Virus record (IMG/VR): IMGVR_UViG_3300044809_000038
Location: 1-58,968 of that record
Origin: a virus
Lineage: Duplodnaviria; Caudoviricetes
Length of the DNA stretch: 58,968 nt
Strand: one strand, 5' to 3'
The notes beneath the pieces were generated by a model that was not told the DNA's origin, made no database searches, and was given only the letters and a program-made list of their open reading frames with translations. Below are positions 54,779 through 58,968 of the stretch, piece by piece; the stretch's first letter is position 1; each line of letters opens with the position of its first letter. Both the position numbers and the translations under genes were made by a program.

Positions 54779-55012
54779 TCAGTACGTGTCGCCGACGAAG
54801 ACCAGGTCGCGGTCGATCGGCTCGGCGACACGTAGCCAGCGGGTGCCGTCGCGCTCGCTGCGGTGGCGGCCGGGCGTCGTGCGGGCAGCGTGCGGTCTCG
54901 ATACCGGGCGCAGCGTGTGCCGCCCGTAGCGGCAGGCCTTCAGCTTCCAGCGGCGGACGGCGACGATCGCCGGCACGCCGGCCGCGAGCTCCACCAGTAG
55001 CAGCCAGATCAT
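54779..55012 (-). CDS. Small membrane-anchored protein
   Basis: N-terminal hydrophobic segment; coupled. Confidence 0.45.
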   Translation of the reverse strand: MIWLLLVELAAGVPAIVAVRRWKLKACRYGRHTLRPVSRPHAARTTPGRHRSERDGTRWLRVAEPIDRDLVFVGDTY

Positions 55013-55506
55013 CAGTGCTCCTCGTCTTCGAGCCGGTGGAACGACACTCCCATGGACATGACCAGGTTGGCGCCCAGGTTCAGGCACTCGGTGAAGGCCC
55101 TGCTCGGATCGTCGTACTCGGTCTGGATGGCGTCAACAATGCGCACAGCGGCAGCGAGGTCGCCGCGCATCGAGCACTCGAAGAAGGCCTGCATCGCCGA
55201 GTGGCCGAGCTCGCGGCGTGCATCCTCCAGCGGCGCGACGTGCACGTGTGCGTCTTCGCGTGTGCGGTCCTGGATCAGGTTGCCGATCTCCCACAGGACC
55301 TCCTTGGCGGCCTGGAACGGCATCGGCGTGTCGCAGTGCGCAGTGAGGCTGAACAGGCAGCGGGCGACCATGGCCGGCGCGACGGGCGGCAGGCCGCCAG
55401 CGTCTTCGCTGCAATGGGCGATGCCGGCCAGGAGCGCGAGATGGCTGACGTGCCCGTTGATGGACTCGGCTTCGGTCTGGCGCTCGGCGAACGGGTTGGC
55501 CTGCAT
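55012..55506 (-). CDS. Hypothetical protein
   Basis: Coupled at both ends. Confidence 0.55.
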   Translation of the reverse strand: MQANPFAERQTEAESINGHVSHLALLAGIAHCSEDAGGLPPVAPAMVARCLFSLTAHCDTPMPFQAAKEVLWEIGNLIQDRTREDAHVHVAPLEDARRELGHSAMQAFFECSMRGDLAAAVRIVDAIQTEYDDPSRAFTECLNLGANLVMSMGVSFHRLEDEEH

Positions 55507-56615
55507 CACTTCTCCACGGTGGCGTTGAGCAGGTCGACAGCGCTGGCCTGCGTTGAGGTGTTCAGGCCACGCGGCGCGGCGGCCCAGGACTGGCCGTAGA
55601 ACGCACCCGCGGCCTGGTCGTGCTTGATCATGGTGTCGGCCTGCCGGTCGAGGTAGGCGGTCAGCGGTCGGTCGGCGAGCGCCCGGTTGAGCTGGCCCCA
55701 GCCGCGCACCGCCGCGCCCTTGAATGTCCAGCCGTCGGCCGCGCACGTCCCGGTGTCCTCGCACACGTCCTTCAGCGTGCCGCCAGGGTTCAAGAAGGCG
55801 CTCGTGGTGCTGGCGGTCGCCAGCCGGCGCGCGATCGTCAGGTAAGGACCCAGGCCGGTTGCGCGGGCCATCGCCGCGAGCGCCGCCGCGACCGTGCCCT
55901 GGTTGTAGCTCCAGGGCGGCCCGGCCGGCCGACAGTTCTCCAGGTGGTCGAGCACCATGCCGTCGGCGCGGACGAGGCCGCTACGGCTCAGCCACTGCCA
56001 TGCCGACCGGGCACGGTCGAGGTACGCGCGCTGGCCGGTGATCGTGAACAGGCTCGCCGAGAGCTGCACGTACAGCGCGTTCGTGATCGAACCCTTCTGG
56101 TCGCCGTTGTGGATGAACGGCAACGCCCATGTGACGCCCCCGCCACAGCTCGACGTCCAGCCGCCAGCCATGAAGTCGTCATCCACCTCGGCCACGTGCA
56201 GGAACAGCGGCTCGCCGGTCGCCCGGTAGGCGTCGAGCCAGGCCAGCGCCCACCAGCCGGCATCATCGTGGTAGTTACCGGTGAAGAACGGGCCCTGCTT
56301 GTTGACGTTGCGGTTCCACGTGTTGTCGATCATCGCGACCGGCACGGGCTGGCCCAGGGCACGAGCGCCGTCGATCACGGTCGTCAGCGTGTTCGCGCTC
56401 GACCACCAACCCGACGTCACGATCGGCCACAGGCCGGTCTGCCAGCTGTATTCGCCCTCCAGCGTCTTGAGCGCGGCGGCGTCGGCCGCCCGGTAGTCGA
56501 CGACCCTCACGATCACGCGCGCCGGCACGGTGTCGCCCTGCGCGGTCATCGGGTAGCCGGCGATCGTCAACGCCAGCGCGGTCAGCGCCAGCGTCCAGCG
56601 GACTGCGGTCCTCAT
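55506..56615 (-). CDS. Secreted glycoside hydrolase family 76 (alpha-1,6-mannanase-like)
   Basis: Signal peptide; YHDDAGWWALAW, CGGGVTW, KGSITNALY, WSYNQG, FKG. Confidence 0.9.
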   Translation of the reverse strand: MRTAVRWTLALTALALTIAGYPMTAQGDTVPARVIVRVVDYRAADAAALKTLEGEYSWQTGLWPIVTSGWWSSANTLTTVIDGARALGQPVPVAMIDNTWNRNVNKQGPFFTGNYHDDAGWWALAWLDAYRATGEPLFLHVAEVDDDFMAGGWTSSCGGGVTWALPFIHNGDQKGSITNALYVQLSASLFTITGQRAYLDRARSAWQWLSRSGLVRADGMVLDHLENCRPAGPPWSYNQGTVAAALAAMARATGLGPYLTIARRLATASTTSAFLNPGGTLKDVCEDTGTCAADGWTFKGAAVRGWGQLNRALADRPLTAYLDRQADTMIKHDQAAGAFYGQSWAAAPRGLNTSTQASAVDLLNATVEK

Positions 56616-56685
56616 GGTTCTTCCTTCTCGGGTTGTCCCAGCGGTCGGCCGGGCGACGGAGTGTCGCCCGGCCTGGTTCGGTCGA

Positions 56686-56940
56686 TCAGTTGTTGCCGTA
56701 GTGCTCCGGGCCGTTGCACAGGGAGAGCGACAGGCCGTGCGGGCACGTCGGGTACATCACTTCGAGCAGCTGCGGGTAGCGGTGTTCGTTGATCTGGTCG
56801 TCGCCCTCCAGCTCACTGAAGTCGTGAGTGGCGGCCTTGCGGGTGAAGAAGTCGATGGCCATGGCCTCGGCCAGCGGGCCCTCGAAGGTGACGACGTAGG
56901 TCTGGTGAGCGGCGCAGACGTTGGCCAGCAGCTTGATCAT
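56686..56940 (-). CDS. Small Cys/His protein
   Basis: PTCPHGLSLSLCNGPEHY; conserved leader motif. Confidence 0.65.
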   Translation of the reverse strand: MIKLLANVCAAHQTYVVTFEGPLAEAMAIDFFTRKAATHDFSELEGDDQINEHRYPQLLEVMYPTCPHGLSLSLCNGPEHYGNN

Positions 56941-56980
56941 TTCGGTTCTCCCGTGATGTCCGGTTGTTCCTGTGAAGGCG

Positions 56981-57009
56981 ACTTTACACCCCGGTCCGGG
57001 GTCTGTCTA
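56981..57009 (-). promoter_or_regulatory. Promoter TAGACA-17-TAAAGT with palindromic spacer; extra half-site and -35 at 57035-57050
   Basis: CACCCCggtccGGGGTC at 56987-57003. Confidence 0.8.
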
Positions 57010-57147
57010 GCGCTGCGCGTCTCAGCCCTCCAGGGTTCGGGGTGTGTCTAGTCGGAGGCTCGCGCCAGCGCGGCGGCCACAGTCGCGGGTACTCGCAACC
57101 GCAGTAGCCGCCCTCGATCTCGCGCTCATCTTCCCGCCACTGCTCGG

Positions 57148-57492
57148 TCACCGACGTCGGACCGCCTTCTTACGAGTCCGGCGCTCGCCGCCCTTCGTCG
57201 TCTTCGCGAACCCGTAGCCCGTGGTGTTCTTGCTCCACTTGTGGGCCATCGGGCACGTCAGGGCGTGGCGCAGGTACAGCGGCAGGCCGGCCGCGCGCAT
57301 CCCGTCGGCGGCCAGCTTCGTCGGCCGGCCCAGCAGCAGCTCGCGACCGCGCGGCGTCAACGTCAAGTTGCCATTGGGCTGCGGCTCGGCCGTCACCGGG
57401 AATCGTGACTCGTCCTCGGTGACCCAGACGATGTCTGCCGGGCAGTGCGTGCACTTGCGCACGAAGTCAAAGATCGCATCGGGAACGCTCAC
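57148..57492 (-). CDS. Zn-binding hypothetical protein
   Basis: CTHCPADIVW...PNGNL...HALTCP. Confidence 0.65.
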   Translation of the reverse strand: MSVPDAIFDFVRKCTHCPADIVWVTEDESRFPVTAEPQPNGNLTLTPRGRELLLGRPTKLAADGMRAAGLPLYLRHALTCPMAHKWSKNTTGYGFAKTTKGGERRTRKKAVRRR

Positions 57493-57710
57493 CTGCGTCG
57501 CCGAGGGACGCCGACATGCACCGGATTCGTGTCGCCCAGGCCGCACTCGCGGCAGGCCCTGTCCCTATGGCCGCCATCCGGCCGCTCAGGCCGCTCGAAG
57601 TCGTGCCGGCTGATCGGCCCCAGTCGCCTAGAAAGCGGCTTCTCCGTCCCATCCGGCGGCTTCTGCAAGCCGTGCCAGATCGTCGGCGATACCGGCTGCT
57701 CGTGCTGCAC
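57489..57710 (-). CDS. Hypothetical protein
   Basis: HDF...CRECG...H; stop overlaps the next start. Confidence 0.4.
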   Translation of the reverse strand: MQHEQPVSPTIWHGLQKPPDGTEKPLSRRLGPISRHDFERPERPDGGHRDRACRECGLGDTNPVHVGVPRRRR

Positions 57711-57903
57711 TGTCGCTCACCTCCCGTTCTCGATACCACTCCAGATCGGCCTCGGGCAACGTCTCGTGCGTGTCGCCCTGGTAGCGCTCGGGCTGGTACA
57801 CGCACCGCGGGCACTCCCGGACGCGCTCGGCGTGATTGGCCTGGCGCCACGAGATGAGTCGCGGCGCCGGCCGATCACACTTCGGACAGATCGTGTCGCC
57901 CAC
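57628..57903 (-). CDS. Hypothetical protein with two CxxC motifs
   Basis: CPKC...CPRC. Confidence 0.5.
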   Translation of the reverse strand: MGDTICPKCDRPAPRLISWRQANHAERVRECPRCVYQPERYQGDTHETLPEADLEWYREREVSDSAARAAGIADDLARLAEAAGWDGEAAF

Positions 57904-57905
57904 GG

Positions 57906-58481
57906 TCAGATGACGGCGATCGGCTCACGCAGCAGCGCGACGAGGTGCGCGACGGCGTCCGGGTAGTTCAGGTCGAGCACGAAGCCGACGGACAGCACTG
58001 TGGCGGCCTGCCAGAGGACGCCAGCGTCCTGCGCGTCCGGATCGTGGGCGAACGTGAGGGCGATCCGGTGCCGACCGGAACCGGGGCCCTGAAGGCGCCC
58101 CACGGTGGCCGGGTAGAACGCGCCGGGCCCGTACGCCAGCCAGGCACCGGGATTGTCGGCGATCGCGTCGGAGACCTCGGCCATGGTGTCGGCGTGCACG
58201 ACAGCTTCCGGGTGCAGGTGGACGTCGAGCACGTGCCGCACCGGCGTGCCCGGCTCGACGCCGAGCGTGATCAGCATTGACATCGGGCCAACCTCTCGTT
58301 TCGGTTCGTGCGCCTCGACGCGTCGCGCCAAGCGCTCACGGGTCATCGACTCGACCTGGAAGTGGGCTACGCCGGCCTTGCTCAGGGCCTTCGCGACCAG
58401 GAGTGACGCCCTGTCCGGGGCGATGCCGGGCGCGTCGTCGGGGAACTCCACCAGGATGACGTACTCGGTGAACGGCTTCAC
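57906..58481 (-). CDS. Hypothetical protein
   Basis: Coupled ORF. Confidence 0.55.
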   Translation of the reverse strand: MKPFTEYVILVEFPDDAPGIAPDRASLLVAKALSKAGVAHFQVESMTRERLARRVEAHEPKREVGPMSMLITLGVEPGTPVRHVLDVHLHPEAVVHADTMAEVSDAIADNPGAWLAYGPGAFYPATVGRLQGPGSGRHRIALTFAHDPDAQDAGVLWQAATVLSVGFVLDLNYPDAVAHLVALLREPIAVI

Positions 58482-58723
58482 ATCAGCTCCTCGACCTTGA
58501 CCGTGACCCGGAAGCGCTGGCGGTCGGCCGGCGGGTCGCCCTCTCGCACCAGGCTGGTGAACTCGTAGACGTCGTCACCCGACGTGTCGAGCAGCCGCAC
58601 CCGCCACTGAATCGGCTCGCCATTCGGGCCCGTCCCGCCATCGTCGGCGCCCGTGTAGCCCTGGAACCACTGCTGCAACGTGCCCTTGGCGAAGTCGGTG
58701 ACCGTCTCCAGGCTGATCCTCAC
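58478..58723 (-). CDS. Hypothetical protein
   Basis: Coupled ORF. Confidence 0.55.
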   Translation of the reverse strand: MRISLETVTDFAKGTLQQWFQGYTGADDGGTGPNGEPIQWRVRLLDTSGDDVYEFTSLVREGDPPADRQRFRVTVKVEELM

Positions 58724-58944
58724 AACGCCACTCCCGCCTCCAGGTCGATCACGCGGGCCCGTAGCCGGCGCTCAACGTCAGCCAGGACCTGAGCCGCCGT
58801 CAGTGCGTTCTCGTACATCCGCTTCGGCGCCGACTTGGCCAGCCGGTGGGCGCGTTCCCGCTGCTCGCCGGCCTCCTTCTTGTAGTGGTCGAGCTGCTGC
58901 TCCAGCTCGGCCACTACAGCGGCGCGCGCATCGTCGATCTTCAC
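58720..58944 (-). CDS. Hypothetical coiled-coil protein, paralog of 1..286
   Basis: DDARAAVVAELEQQLDHY...RRLRARVIDLEAGVAL. Confidence 0.7.
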   Translation of the reverse strand: MKIDDARAAVVAELEQQLDHYKKEAGEQRERAHRLAKSAPKRMYENALTAAQVLADVERRLRARVIDLEAGVAL

Positions 58945-58968
58945 AGGGGCGCTCCCGCCTTCAGGTCG

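Noticed and set aside
706-57050. Palindromic repeats as a CRISPR array or transposon ends
   Set aside because: Dispersed single copies in promoter spacers; no cas or transposase genes
1-58968. Integrase/attP, reverse transcriptase (DGR/retron), introns or inteins
   Set aside because: No recognisable motifs in any ORF; terminase appears uninterrupted

Overview
This window is an apparently complete, circularly permuted ~58.9 kb genome of a GC-rich actinobacterial siphophage, with nearly all genes on the minus strand. The two window ends appear to overlap inside one gene. Read circularly, the order is terminase, accessory genes, portal, protease, capsid hexamer/pentamer, tail, membrane/holin cassette, ERF/SSB/Rep/DnaC replication genes, GH25 endolysin, RusA and a DNA-hypermodification operon. 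I recognised no integrase, classical repressor or DNA polymerase. Highlights: (1) two tRNA-like RNAs with canonical acceptor, D and T arms but the anticodon arm replaced by GGGCAAC-capped hairpins; (2) directly downstream, a family of six divergent WXG100-like paralogs lacking the secretion motifs; (3) a ParB, TET/JBP, aGPT, PLP-enzyme and kinase thymine-hypermodification operon next to terminase; (4) an Acb2-like sponge beside a 2H phosphoesterase-protease fusion; (5) about 11 copies of a 17-bp palindrome filling promoter spacers, with a tandem ribbon-helix-helix protein as candidate regulator; (6) a secreted GH76 mannanase-like enzyme and a glycosyltransferase/TagD cluster. All family calls come from motif recognition by eye; no searches were run.
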